From: an uncultured archaeon
Lineage (GTDB): Archaea; Asgardarchaeota; Lokiarchaeia; Sigyniarchaeales; SOKP01
Length of the DNA stretch: 64,000 nt
Direction: 5' to 3'
Assembly (NCBI GenBank): GCA_964447495.1
Contig: CAYUTF010000004.1
Span: forward strand, 24,592 to 88,591
This document shows, piece after piece, positions 20,240 through 31,075 of this stretch. The translations under genes were made by a program, and so were the position numbers. Within the stretch, counting starts at the first letter, position 1. The number at the start of each line of letters is the position of its first letter. A model generated the notes under the pieces. That model saw only the letters and a list, made by a program, of their open reading frames with translations. It searched no databases and was not told where the DNA came from.

Positions 20240-21691
20240 TTAATTTAGACCTCCAAGAGTTAATTGTTCGATTCTAATATAGGGTCCACCATCACAAACT
20301 CTTAATCCCTGACCCCCTTTACCACAAACACCATCAGAATAGCTAAAAGTATCAACATTACCGATAGCAGAAATTTTATTTAAGACTTCCAAAGTCATAC
20401 CAGAAAGCGCTACATCTCTTAAAATTTCCTTTTTTTCCCCATTCTCGATTTTATAAGATAACTTGCATTTGAATTGAAAGTTTCCAGTAGTAGGATCGGT
20501 ATAACCATATTGAAAATCCTCGCATAAGACGCCTAGTTTTGTATCTTTAATCATCTCGTCCAGAGTCCAATCTTTAGGTTCAAGATATGTAAAACCCATC
20601 CTAACTTGAGGTTTTGAAACATTAGAGTTGGCTCTGCCATGACCATTAGGAGCTTCATTCATCCGTGAAGAGGTTTCTAAGTTATGTAAAAAATTTTTTA
20701 GAACACCATGCTCAATTAATTTTGTTTTTTGTGATTTTATGCCTTCTTCATCGAAGGGATAACTTCCGTATAATTCATAATTTAAATCAAATTTCTTACC
20801 TTGACCCATTGTTGGATCATCAATAATATTTATCTCATCTATAGCAACTTTTTGACCAATTTTACCTTCTAGTATACTTTCTTTATTTAATATTAAATCT
20901 GCTTCACATGCGTGCCCAAATGCCTCATGAATAAAAGTACCTGTTAATTTTGGATCCATTATTACAGTAAATTTACCTCCAACGGGTGATTTTGCGGATA
21001 ACAATTCAATTGCTTGCTTAGCGGATTTCAAACTTATATTTTGAGCAGTTTCATTTTCTAATATCTCAAAGCCCCCTATCCCACCAACAGAATTTAATCC
21101 ATTTTGAGTGATACCATTTTCATTTGCATATACAGAAGAAAATAATCGTAACATCTCATATTCTTGATTTAGAAAACTACCAAATGAATCTATAAAAAGG
21201 GAGTGGATATATCTGTCTAAATATACAGTTCGGGTATTTTTTACTTGGCTAGAAAAGTTGGAAGCGATTTTCTCATGCTCTTTTACAATAGCTATTTTTT
21301 GGTCAATTTCTGTATCTTTAATGGCTTTTTTACTTGAAATTTTGACGTTTTTATTTATAGGTTTTCTATCTTGTATTTTAAATTTAGTTTTTGATAACTT
21401 TTCTGATTGAATAGCTAACTTAATCGCTGTTAAAAAGCCCTCGAGTATTGATGACTTATTAATATCATTTAAGGTATAAAAACCCCAACCTCCATTTAGA
21501 AAACTACGAATTCCACAATTAAATATTTCATAAGAACTAACTTCTTTACTTCTTTGATTTGTAAAATCTAAATTTGTTCCTAAATTCAATCCTGCCCTAA
21601 TATCCCAGTAATCTATCTTATTATAAGATATTTGGTTCAATTTTTTGATGAGATTATCGTCGAAAACCTTTAGTTCCTCAATTAACTCCAT
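20240..21691 (-). CDS. tldD: TldD family metalloprotease
   Basis: HEAFGHACEAD, FDEEG, NGHGRA, C-terminal CGKGGQ...DGGP. Confidence 0.92.
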   Translation of the reverse strand: MELIEELKVFDDNLIKKLNQISYNKIDYWDIRAGLNLGTNLDFTNQRSKEVSSYEIFNCGIRSFLNGGWGFYTLNDINKSSILEGFLTAIKLAIQSEKLSKTKFKIQDRKPINKNVKISSKKAIKDTEIDQKIAIVKEHEKIASNFSSQVKNTRTVYLDRYIHSLFIDSFGSFLNQEYEMLRLFSSVYANENGITQNGLNSVGGIGGFEILENETAQNISLKSAKQAIELLSAKSPVGGKFTVIMDPKLTGTFIHEAFGHACEADLILNKESILEGKIGQKVAIDEINIIDDPTMGQGKKFDLNYELYGSYPFDEEGIKSQKTKLIEHGVLKNFLHNLETSSRMNEAPNGHGRANSNVSKPQVRMGFTYLEPKDWTLDEMIKDTKLGVLCEDFQYGYTDPTTGNFQFKCKLSYKIENGEKKEILRDVALSGMTLEVLNKISAIGNVDTFSYSDGVCGKGGQGLRVCDGGPYIRIEQLTLGGLN

Positions 21692-21795
21692 AAATGTTAA
21701 CCAAAAAATAAGTTATTCCAAATTTAAGCCATATAATATATAACTAATATATTATAGAAAAGACAAGGATGTAAGCTTAATTAATTTTTATATTT

Positions 21796-22026
21796 CTATT
21801 TATTTAAAAAATGAGAGAGCTTTTCTTTTTGAGTTCCTTCTTTCAATTGTTTAATTATTGTGATTGCTGTGTTAATAGTGCAAGTTTTTGAGAATTTAAT
21901 CGAATTTTTAAATTGAAAAGAATGATTGCATCTCCAACATTTTTTTGATTTGATTCTTTTATTAGAATAATACCAGGCGCCACAGTGGTAACACCTATAA
22001 AAAAAAAATTGTTGTGAATAAGGCAT
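21796..22026 (-). CDS. small Zn-ribbon protein (DUF1922-like)
   Basis: RCYHCG...KKCWRC. Confidence 0.65.
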   Translation of the reverse strand: MPYSQQFFFYRCYHCGAWYYSNKRIKSKKCWRCNHSFQFKNSIKFSKTCTINTAITIIKQLKEGTQKEKLSHFLNK

Positions 22027-22203
22027 CTTATTATCATCCTATTTCTGATTGCTTTTAATTGCTCTCAGCAATATGAATTACTAATTTATTAATAAAAATC
22101 TACTTATTTTTAGATTAAAATAATTCTTAACTAAAATTTAAGAAAATAATAATAGGGAATAAAAAATTATTTTAATTAAGAGATTTAAAATTATATACTT
22201 ATT

Positions 22204-23562
22204 ATGACACATAAGTTTGTAAATCCAATAGAAACACGCTATAGAACTGAAATTGCTGCGTTGTTTACTGAAGAAAGAAAGCTTGAAAATTGGTTAAAAG
22301 TTGAAGCGGTATTAGCTAAAGTCCATGCCCAATTAGGCAATATCCCTCAAGATGCGGCTCTTGAAATCAATAAAAAAGCTAATCTAACTTATGTTAAGCT
22401 CGATCGGGTTAAAGAAATAGACAAAGAGATTCATCATGATTTAATGGCCATGGTAAAAGCTCTAACGGAACAATGTAAAGGAGATGCGGGCAAATATATT
22501 CATTTAGGCGCGACCAGCTATGATATAGAAGATACCGCTTTTGCACTACAACTAAGAGAAGCGTTGCTATATACACAAGATTCTCTAAAGAGTTTATTAA
22601 AGGAACTAATTAATATCGTAGAAATGAAGAAAAACTTAGTTTGTATAGGCAGAACTCATGGTCAACATGCAATTCCTACTACCTATGGCATGAGGTTCGG
22701 AGTTTGGGCTTATGAAATTGATAGACATCTTGATAGATTAGAGCAAGTACTCCAGCGTATTTCTTATGGAAAGATGTCAGGAGCAGTTGGAACTATGGCA
22801 AGTTTTACGGAGAAAGGTTTTCAAATCCAAGAGAATCTAATGAAGGAACTTAATTTAAATACATTATTAATTTCAAATCAAATTATCCAAAGAGATCGGC
22901 ATGCTGAAGTTATTTTTTTAACTGTTTTAATTTCTCAAACTTTAGCTAAGATTGCGAGACAATTTAGAATTTTACAACGAAATGAAATTGCAGAGATGTT
23001 TGAACCCTTCAAAGAAAGTCAAGTTGGAAGTTCCACAATGCCCCATAAGAGAAACCCACATAAATCTGAAAGAATTTGTAGTCTAGCTCGTTTAATCAAA
23101 TCAAATATTATTCCCGCATTGGATAATATTATTTTAGAAGATGAGAGGGATCTTACCAATTCTGCAAATGAGAGAATTATTTTTGCTGAAAATTTCATAC
23201 TTTTAGACTATATAATTAAAGAATTGATTTTTAACCTGCAAAATATTGTTTTTGATGAGAGAAAAATTGAAAATAATTTAAATCTCACGAAAGGCGCATG
23301 CTTAGCTGAGAAAGTTATGGTCAGTTTAGTTAATAAAGGAATAGGAAGACAAGAAAGCCATGAGATTCTTAGAAAAGCCGTAATTAAAGCAAAAAATGAA
23401 AATTTATTGATTAAAGATATTTTGGCTCAAGATAAGTTAATATCAAGTAAATTTACATTAGAGGAATTGGATAATTTATTGAATCCACATATTTATATTG
23501 GAGAAGCAAAAACATTAACTGAGAATCTTGTAAAATATATTAAAAAGAAATATCAATTTTAA
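22204..23562 (+). CDS. purB: adenylosuccinate lyase
   Basis: HHDLMA, HLGATSYD, GRTHGQHA, GSSTMPHKRNP. Confidence 0.95.
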   Translation: MTHKFVNPIETRYRTEIAALFTEERKLENWLKVEAVLAKVHAQLGNIPQDAALEINKKANLTYVKLDRVKEIDKEIHHDLMAMVKALTEQCKGDAGKYIHLGATSYDIEDTAFALQLREALLYTQDSLKSLLKELINIVEMKKNLVCIGRTHGQHAIPTTYGMRFGVWAYEIDRHLDRLEQVLQRISYGKMSGAVGTMASFTEKGFQIQENLMKELNLNTLLISNQIIQRDRHAEVIFLTVLISQTLAKIARQFRILQRNEIAEMFEPFKESQVGSSTMPHKRNPHKSERICSLARLIKSNIIPALDNIILEDERDLTNSANERIIFAENFILLDYIIKELIFNLQNIVFDERKIENNLNLTKGACLAEKVMVSLVNKGIGRQESHEILRKAVIKAKNENLLIKDILAQDKLISSKFTLEELDNLLNPHIYIGEAKTLTENLVKYIKKKYQF

Positions 23563-23564
23563 TC

Positions 23565-24755
23565 ATGACTGATAATCTAGATATTTACTCAAAACTAGGA
23601 GTATCTTCAAAAAAGGATGATGTTCATAAAGCAATTAATGCACTTGATAAAGGTATATTCCCAGGCGCTTTTTGTAAAATCGTAAATGATGTTGAGAATC
23701 GTAATTCTCATTGCTCAATATTTCATTCTGATGGTGCGGGAACAAAAGCAAGTTTAGCCTATATGTATTTCAGAGAAACCAATGACATTGAAATTTTTAG
23801 GGGAATAGTAAAGGATGCTGTAGTTATGAATATTGATGATATCTTATGTGTAGGAGCTACTGGTAATTATTTTATATCAAATAATATAGGAAGAAATAGT
23901 AAATTTATAACTGGAAATATAATATCCGTTATTATTGATGAGTATGATAAATTCAGTAAAAAATTATCGAATTTAGGGTTAAGTACTATATTATGTGGGG
24001 GAGAGACTGCTGATGTGGGTGATATTGTAAAAACAATTCTTGTAGATGCTTCTGCTTTTACCACTATGAAAAGAAAGGACGTTATTAATACTGTAAATAT
24101 TAAAAAAGGAGACGTGATAGTTGGTTTAGCAAGTTCTGGAAAAGCAATATATGAAGATGAATTTAACAGCGGAATAGGAAGCAATGGATTGACATTAGCT
24201 CGGCATGGTGTTCTATCACATGACTATTATCAGAAATATCCTGAGTGTTACGACCAAAATCTTGATGAGAAGTTTCTTTTTTTTGGTAATTATAAGTTAA
24301 CTGATTTTGTTAAGGAATTAAGTTTAACTACTGGAAAGGCGCTTTTATCTCCAACTAGAACCTATGCCCCTATTGTTCTAGAAGTATTAAAAAACTATAG
24401 AGCGTCTATTCATGGCATTATACATAATACTGGTGGAGGTCAGACGAAGGATTTGAATTATGGCCGAGGGATAAAATATGTCAAAGATAATTTCTTCAAA
24501 ATTCCAAGAATATTTGAAATTATTCAGAGATCTTCTGAAACTAGCTGGAAAGAAATGTATCAAGTTTTTAATATGGGACATAGAATGGAATTCTTTACAA
24601 ATGAAGAAATTGCAAAGGAAATAATAAAAATTGCAAATAAGTTCAATGTGGAGTCTAAGATTATAGGTTATTGTGATAATTCTCCTTCTGATTCAGAGAA
24701 TCATCTTGTTATTAATTCTGAATTTGGTTCATTCAATTATAGTAGACATATATAA
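23565..24755 (+). CDS. purM: phosphoribosylformylglycinamidine cyclo-ligase (AIR synthase)
   Basis: DGAGTK, MNIDD, GGETA, GSNGLTLAR, HNTGGG, VFNMG; follows purB. Confidence 0.88.
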   Translation: MTDNLDIYSKLGVSSKKDDVHKAINALDKGIFPGAFCKIVNDVENRNSHCSIFHSDGAGTKASLAYMYFRETNDIEIFRGIVKDAVVMNIDDILCVGATGNYFISNNIGRNSKFITGNIISVIIDEYDKFSKKLSNLGLSTILCGGETADVGDIVKTILVDASAFTTMKRKDVINTVNIKKGDVIVGLASSGKAIYEDEFNSGIGSNGLTLARHGVLSHDYYQKYPECYDQNLDEKFLFFGNYKLTDFVKELSLTTGKALLSPTRTYAPIVLEVLKNYRASIHGIIHNTGGGQTKDLNYGRGIKYVKDNFFKIPRIFEIIQRSSETSWKEMYQVFNMGHRMEFFTNEEIAKEIIKIANKFNVESKIIGYCDNSPSDSENHLVINSEFGSFNYSRHI

Positions 24756-24772
24756 AATTTTTGAGAGTTGAT

Positions 24773-25736
24773 GTGAATTTTTGATGTAATCTGCATAGGA
24801 GCTGCCCTTGTAGATATGATCGCTCAAGTGGAGAGATATCCTAGAAATGATGATGAAGTTTTTGTATCAGATTTGAACCTAATGTCCGGAGGCGCCGCCG
24901 CAAATACAGCCTGTGCATGTGCTAAGTTAGGGTTGTCAACAGCTTTTATAGGGATGATAGGAAAAAATGATATATTTGCTGAAAAAATAATTAATGATTT
25001 TCATGCTATGAAGGTATCAACTCATTATTTAAAATATAATAAAGATTATGTAACGGGATCTGCATTCATAGCGCTTAATAAAGAGGGTGAACGAAGGATT
25101 TTTGCTCATAGTGGAGCCGCAAATTATCTTTCAAAAGAGGAGATATTAATCGAGGAGATTGAAAATACTAAAGTATTATTTCTTAGTAGTTTGAAGAATT
25201 TAGAGCCTTTTATAAAAGCTGCTGAATTTGCTAAAAGGAAAGGAATATATGTAATTCTGAATCCCGGTATGTTAATAATTAATCAAGGATTTGAAAATGT
25301 GAAAGAATTATTTGGATTAATAGATATTTTAATACTTTCAAAAAATGAATTTATGACGTTATATAACTTAGATATTTTAGATTTTAAAGCTAACACTGTT
25401 AATAAGAAGTTCAAATCTCTTTTTTCTTTAGGGATTAAAATATTAATTATTACTTTAGGAAAAGAAGGAGCCTATTTAATAAACCAAACCTCAAAAATTC
25501 TTATAAAATCATATCAGGTAAATAAAGTAGTTGATACGACAGGAGCGGGTGACGCCTTTTCTGCAGGATTTATCTTTAGTTTCCTCAATAATTTAAGTTT
25601 TAATTTTAATCATTTAATACCAAATGTGAGAATTGGGAATTTTGTTGCCAGTAAGTGCATTCAAGAATTAGGAGCAAGAAATGGAATTCCTAATTTAGAA
25701 GAAGTAAAAAATTTTATTAATAATATTCAACTGTAA
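24773..25736 (+). CDS. PfkB/ribokinase family carbohydrate kinase (5' end uncertain)
   Basis: GGAAANTA, DTTGAGDAF. The conserved first strand DVICIGAALVD lies upstream of the ORF-track start (24816) in the same frame, preceded by in-frame ATG TGA at 24771; GTG at 24773 reaches it only with a +1 shift. Confidence 0.85.
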
Positions 25737-25797
25737 AGATAATAATTTTTTATATTATTGTTTTTTATTTATATTATTCAGAATATGGAGATAGATA

Positions 25798-26868
25798 ATG
25801 AGAAGGAGACTAAATACTAGAAAGAGGATATTTAAGGAGAGATTCTATTTCTTTGCAGAAGTTTTAGTAGTGTTTTTAACAACTTTTATTTTGCTCTTAT
25901 ACCCCACTTTATTTACTTTATTAATTAATGATACAAATAAAAGTATAATATCACCTATTTATTATTTATTAAGAGCTCTAGTAATAATCATAGCTATTGT
26001 ATTAGCTTTAATTTTTAGTAATTACATATTTCAATCTCAGAAGAGGAAGATAATTTTAAAAGAAGATATTAATCCGTCTGTAAAGTTTTTAAACCTTTTC
26101 AAGATTTCAAAGTCAAATTTTAAATATCAACTTCTTTATGGTATTTTATTGTTATTTTTAGTATTTATTCCTCTTGATTTTTTTACGTATCTATTTATTC
26201 CCGAGATGTTAAACTATATCTCATATTCCTTAGGAGCCTATTCTGAAGCATCTATTAATTCTTATCTATTAGAAAGTTATTCAATTTTCTTAATTTCAGT
26301 ACTAGTAATTCAATTTTCCGTTGCAATTTATGAGGAAGTTTTAAATAGGGGTTTTTTGACTAACAGAGGAAGTGAATACTTGAATAATATGTCTGCTGTG
26401 ATAATTTCTGCATTTTTCTTTGGGCTTGGTCATTTTGCGTATATCTTATATCCAAGCTCAACTGGAGTATCCTTTATTTTCCCTCTTATCTGGTTATTCC
26501 AAAGCTTCTTTGTTGGAATAATTTTATCAATGATCTTATTAAGAAAAAGATGGATTTTTCCCGGGATTTTCGCACATGCTTTAAATAATATTATTTCAGC
26601 GCATGCTATTTGGAATTTTTTACAAGGAAATGATTTCAGTATTATTGCCATATATTTATATTTACCCTTGTTAGTAATTAGTGTATTTTTACTGATATGG
26701 CAATTTTCACGAGTAAAAGAAAGTCTTTCAATTGGAATAAAAGAATTTTCTTCATATTTTAAGAACGACAGAAAGATTAAAGAAACTACAACTGATAAAA
26801 TTATCCGAATATTATTAGATTTCTTATTTGGTTTAATTATTTATGCAGTTGGAATTATTTTAATTTGA
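25798..26868 (+). CDS. CPBP/CAAX-type intramembrane glutamic protease
   Basis: YEEVLNRG, FFGLGH, AHALNN; multiple TM helices. Confidence 0.88.
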   Translation: MRRRLNTRKRIFKERFYFFAEVLVVFLTTFILLLYPTLFTLLINDTNKSIISPIYYLLRALVIIIAIVLALIFSNYIFQSQKRKIILKEDINPSVKFLNLFKISKSNFKYQLLYGILLLFLVFIPLDFFTYLFIPEMLNYISYSLGAYSEASINSYLLESYSIFLISVLVIQFSVAIYEEVLNRGFLTNRGSEYLNNMSAVIISAFFFGLGHFAYILYPSSTGVSFIFPLIWLFQSFFVGIILSMILLRKRWIFPGIFAHALNNIISAHAIWNFLQGNDFSIIAIYLYLPLLVISVFLLIWQFSRVKESLSIGIKEFSSYFKNDRKIKETTTDKIIRILLDFLFGLIIYAVGIILI

Positions 26869-26883
26869 AGGTAAAATGATCTG

Positions 26884-27405
26884 ATGGTTAAATATGGTAT
26901 AATCTCGGATACACATTTTAAATCAAACAGTGATTCAGAGGGCTCTGATTTTGTTCTTAAACAATTGAAAAAAATTTTTCGAGACGTTGATGAAATAATT
27001 CATGTTGGAGATATCTGCCAAGGATTTTTTTTGAATGAATTAAATAAAATAGCCCCAACTAAAGCCATTGCCGGTGAATGTGACCTTATAAAAAGCTTGC
27101 CTAAATACTTGGAGTTTTATTCAGGAAAATATAAAATAGGAGTAATACATGAAAAACCTATTAATTTAGAAAATTTTTTTATTGAAAATAAATTGCATAT
27201 TTTAATTTTTGGTCATACTCATCAACCTTTAATAGAAGGGACACCGTTTAATACACTATTAATCAATCCTGGTAGCCCTACTCTGCCAATAGCGCCCTCA
27301 CAAAAGAGAGGTTTCAATAAACCAATTGCTAGACCGAGTGTTATCACAATGAATATAAATAAGAATGATATATTATCGACTTACATTATAAATTTAAAAA
27401 TATAA
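26884..27405 (+). CDS. YfcE/Vps29-like metallophosphoesterase
   Basis: ISDTH, HVGD, GHTH, NPGSP. Confidence 0.85.
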   Translation: MVKYGIISDTHFKSNSDSEGSDFVLKQLKKIFRDVDEIIHVGDICQGFFLNELNKIAPTKAIAGECDLIKSLPKYLEFYSGKYKIGVIHEKPINLENFFIENKLHILIFGHTHQPLIEGTPFNTLLINPGSPTLPIAPSQKRGFNKPIARPSVITMNINKNDILSTYIINLKI

Positions 27406-27485
27406 AAACAATTAAGTTAAAATTAAATATTAAATAGTCCATATTATTTATTATTTAATCAAAGTATTGAGTTGTTTATTTTTCT

Positions 27486-27884
27486 ATGGTTAGCAGACTT
27501 GAGATGGTTCTTAAAGAACTCAATGAAAATGGGAATTTTAGGGCTTCTTTATTCGCAACCTCTACAGGATTGGTTCTAGCTTCTCAAAAATCCGATGAGA
27601 TTGATGAGAGAGCTGTTGCCGCAATGGGATCATTACTAAGTGACTCTGCATACAAAGCTTCTGAAGAATTAGACTTATCTTTGTTAAGTAGCTTAAAGAT
27701 AAAATATAAAAATGATTTTATCGTATGTCGCAATATAATCATGCCCGATGAAAAAACACAATTTTTATTAGCTGTTCTCAGTAAAGCTCCTGATTCTGAC
27801 GACGTGGAAAAATATTTTGATCAATTATTAGATTGGGCAGTTGAAAACTCAGCTGAGGATCTTCAAAAATTATCCTCCATATAA
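27486..27884 (+). CDS. roadblock/LC7 domain protein
   Basis: SLFATSTGLVLAS...VAAMGSLL pattern; 132 aa. Confidence 0.8.
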   Translation: MVSRLEMVLKELNENGNFRASLFATSTGLVLASQKSDEIDERAVAAMGSLLSDSAYKASEELDLSLLSSLKIKYKNDFIVCRNIIMPDEKTQFLLAVLSKAPDSDDVEKYFDQLLDWAVENSAEDLQKLSSI

Positions 27885-27999
27885 TTACGCTAGTTTTTAG
27901 TCATTTCCTCCTCTTTTCTATTTTTTATAATCCTAAATAGTGTAGATTTTATAACTTAGAAATAATATATTTAAAAATGTTAATTGCAATTGACACTAT

Positions 28000-29034
28000 A
28001 TGAAAGCAGCATTTATAGAAAAACATGGAGAATTAGAACAACTGAAAATTGGACAACTATCAACGCCAAATGTACATTCAAACGAAGTACTAATCGAAAC
28101 TAAGTTTGGTGCTATAAATCACATTGATTTATTTATTATTAAAGGTTGGCCGGGGTTAAATATCCCTCTTCCTCATGTTATTGGCAGTGATGGAAGCGGA
28201 ATAGTAAAAGAGGTTGGATCAGAAGTTACTACTCTAAAGGTTGGAGATAGGGTTACTGTTAATCCTGGTTTAAGTTGTGGAAAATGCCAATCATGTCTCT
28301 CGGGAAAACAAAATTTTTGTAAAGATTTTTCCATTCTAGGAGAACATCAATGGGGCACTTATTCAGAGTACTTTAAAGTACCTGATATAAATGTTTTAAA
28401 AGTTCCTACAAATTTTCAACTAGAAGCAGCCGCGGCTGTACCTTTAACTTTTTTAACTGCTTGGAGAATGCTTACTACTCAAGCTAATCTAAAAGCAGAA
28501 GAATTTGTTTTCATTCATGGAGCTGGAGGAGGTGTTTCTACGGCGGCAATTCAAATTGCAAAACATTTAGGAGCAATTGTTATTACTTCGACAAGTTCCA
28601 GAGAAAAAATGGAAAAGGCACGAAAATTAGGAGCAGATCATGTAGTTAATTATGTTGAGAACCCGAATTATAGCAAAACAATATATTCTGAAATTACAAA
28701 AAAGCGTGGGGTTGATATAGTTATAGATAGTATCGGTAAAGATACTTTTCAAAATAGTATTCGCCTATTAAGACCAGGAGGACGTATAATTATCCCTGGA
28801 GCTACATCTGGACCTATTTCAGAAATAGATCTTAGGCAAATATTTTGGAAGCAACTAAAAGTTATCGGATCTACCATGAGTAACCAAAAGGAATTTCGAG
28901 AAGTAATGAGTTTATTATTTACTGGTAAATTAAAACCAATTATAGATAAAATATATCCATTAGAGAATATTATTGAGGCAGAGCAATATTTAAACAGGCA
29001 CAAACAATTTGGCAAGGTTCTATTGAAAATCTAA
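28000..29034 (+). CDS. Zn-binding alcohol dehydrogenase/quinone oxidoreductase family
   Basis: GSDGSG, structural Zn CGKCQSC...C, GAGGGVS, GSTM, FGKVLL. Confidence 0.9.
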   Translation: MKAAFIEKHGELEQLKIGQLSTPNVHSNEVLIETKFGAINHIDLFIIKGWPGLNIPLPHVIGSDGSGIVKEVGSEVTTLKVGDRVTVNPGLSCGKCQSCLSGKQNFCKDFSILGEHQWGTYSEYFKVPDINVLKVPTNFQLEAAAAVPLTFLTAWRMLTTQANLKAEEFVFIHGAGGGVSTAAIQIAKHLGAIVITSTSSREKMEKARKLGADHVVNYVENPNYSKTIYSEITKKRGVDIVIDSIGKDTFQNSIRLLRPGGRIIIPGATSGPISEIDLRQIFWKQLKVIGSTMSNQKEFREVMSLLFTGKLKPIIDKIYPLENIIEAEQYLNRHKQFGKVLLKI

Positions 29035-29048
29035 GCCAAAAGTAGTTT

Positions 29049-29687
29049 CTATTTAATAGAGGAATAAAAATTGTATACTTTTTCAGCTACTTGATTTTCA
29101 TATCCCCAATAAAAGTGATCAGCACCATCTATTATATCAAATTTTTTGGGTTCATTATAATCATTGTAATGTCCAAGAAATTTATCATAATGTGCTAAAG
29201 TATCCCTATTACCTTGAAGGAATAATTTTGGTTTATCCGTTTGAGAAAGAATTTTATATTTTTGACCCATAAAATCCCATGGAAATGAAATTGCGATAAA
29301 TCCAATAATTTTAGATGAATAGCTAACGATACTACATCCAATAGCAGCGCCATAGGAGTAGCCACATATTAATATAGAATCTATTTTTAAATTTTTAATT
29401 AAATAATCAACACATGCCTTCACATCACTTATTTCTCCTTCGCCATTAGTGTGACTTCCAGTAGAATTACCTACTGCCCTGAAATTAAACCTTAAAGTGG
29501 TTTTATGATTTTCTATAAATTTATTAAATATACTTGAAACCACATTGTTATGCATATCACCTCCATATAGGGGATGTGGATGGCAAATCAATATAGATGT
29601 TTTAATCTTTTCATTCTTAGGTTGGTAGTATTCTGCTTCCAGTTTTATATCAGTATTGGAAATAAATATGTGTTGAATGTCTGGCAT
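29049..29687 (-). CDS. alpha/beta hydrolase
   Basis: HPHPLYGG, GYSYG nucleophile elbow, GADHFY. Confidence 0.88.
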   Translation of the reverse strand: MPDIQHIFISNTDIKLEAEYYQPKNEKIKTSILICHPHPLYGGDMHNNVVSSIFNKFIENHKTTLRFNFRAVGNSTGSHTNGEGEISDVKACVDYLIKNLKIDSILICGYSYGAAIGCSIVSYSSKIIGFIAISFPWDFMGQKYKILSQTDKPKLFLQGNRDTLAHYDKFLGHYNDYNEPKKFDIIDGADHFYWGYENQVAEKVYNFYSSIK

Positions 29688-29749
29688 AATTTTAATTAAT
29701 TACCACTATATAATAATAATACTGAAATTAAATTCAATTAATCTAATTC

Positions 29750-30604
29750 ATGAGTTATAATAAAATATTAATTGAAAGAAAGCTAAGGGAATTTCTTGAG
29801 GAAGATTCTAATTATACAGATGTGAGTTCATCTACTATCCCCATAGAAGCGATATCATCGGCAAAAATTATTTCTAAAAGTAATGGATATATCTCAGGCT
29901 TAGAGGAATTGAAGATCTTATTTGATTTATTGAATGTACAAATAAATTTAAAGAAAAATGATGGAGATCCCATTAAAAACGGGGATATCATTGCTGAATT
30001 AACAGGAAATACGCGTAATATCTTAATTGGGGAAAGAATTGGACTTAATTTGATTACTCACATGAGTGCAATAACTTCAACTACACGGAAATATGTATCA
30101 ATAATACACGATTCAAATAAGCGCGTCAAAATCGCTTGTACAAGAAAGACAACTCCGGGATTAAGAATATTTGAAAAAAAAGCTACAGTTTTAGGAGGAG
30201 GAGACCCTCATAGATTTTCATTAGATGATATGATCCTTTTAAAAGACACACATCTTAAGTTTTATGATGGGAAAATATCACTATTACTCTCAGATATAAA
30301 AAAATCTGCAAGCTTCTCAAAAAAAATTGAAATTGAAATAGAGAAAGTCGATGATGTTTTAATTGCAGCAAGAGGTGGAGCGGATATAATTATGTTAGAT
30401 AACTTTACAGCAGAAATGGTAGATAAGGCAATCAAATTATTAAATAAACATAATTTACGAGAACATGTATTAATTGAGGTTTCAGGTAATATCAATCAAA
30501 AAAATATAGCAGATTACTTAATTTCAGAACCAGATATTATTAGCACTAGTGAGATTACCCAAAGGCCATCTGAATTTGTGGATTTATCCCTTAGATTTAA
30601 TTAA
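29750..30604 (+). CDS. nadC: nicotinate-nucleotide pyrophosphorylase (QPRTase)
   Basis: TRKTTPGLR, HRFSLDD, LKDTH, DIIMLDN. Confidence 0.95.
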   Translation: MSYNKILIERKLREFLEEDSNYTDVSSSTIPIEAISSAKIISKSNGYISGLEELKILFDLLNVQINLKKNDGDPIKNGDIIAELTGNTRNILIGERIGLNLITHMSAITSTTRKYVSIIHDSNKRVKIACTRKTTPGLRIFEKKATVLGGGDPHRFSLDDMILLKDTHLKFYDGKISLLLSDIKKSASFSKKIEIEIEKVDDVLIAARGGADIIMLDNFTAEMVDKAIKLLNKHNLREHVLIEVSGNINQKNIADYLISEPDIISTSEITQRPSEFVDLSLRFN

Positions 30605-30606
30605 AG

Positions 30607-30999
30607 TTAATCTATTAATATTTCGTGTATACTAGAAATTACTTCGCGAATTCTTGCCAGACTCTGATAAAAATCTTTAATCAGTCCAAATTCGCCAACC
30701 ACTAAGACATTTTCAATTTTTTTTTCAGCAATCCTCCAATCTGTTGCTGCCTTTATTATTGAATGGAAGTTATGATAAATTTCGGAAATTTCGTCAGCAA
30801 TTTGTTCTTTGAATGGATAAACTAAGTTTATAGCCATTATTTTGTAACCTTCCAAATTCTCAAATTTCTCATGATTTTCAATAAATTTCACTATTGCGTC
30901 CCTTAAAGCTTCACTTTTTGAATTGAAACCACTTTGATTTCGAACTTTCTCAAATCTATCTAGTAAATCATCACTTACTTGTAATGAAATAATTTTCAT
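30607..30999 (-). CDS. NikR-like ribbon-helix-helix regulator
   Basis: MKIISLQV...SKSEALRDAI RHH plus ACT-like C-domain; ATG at 30999. Confidence 0.8.
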   Translation of the reverse strand: MKIISLQVSDDLLDRFEKVRNQSGFNSKSEALRDAIVKFIENHEKFENLEGYKIMAINLVYPFKEQIADEISEIYHNFHSIIKAATDWRIAEKKIENVLVVGEFGLIKDFYQSLARIREVISSIHEILID

Positions 31000-31075
31000 T
31001 ATAAATTCTATTAAAGAATTGTTTATTAAAAACATGTAAGAAAAGTTCTTGATACTATGTTTAAAAATGGATTTT

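Noticed and set aside
24771-24776. In-frame TGA after ATG read as selenocysteine (also at 58071)
   Set aside because: Codon 2 of a ribokinase or MFS transporter is not a redox Cys position, and I found no SECIS-like AUGA/GA stem downstream.
26884-27405. Retromer Vps29 call
   Set aside because: The motifs fit the broad YfcE phosphoesterase family; nothing specific to retromer.
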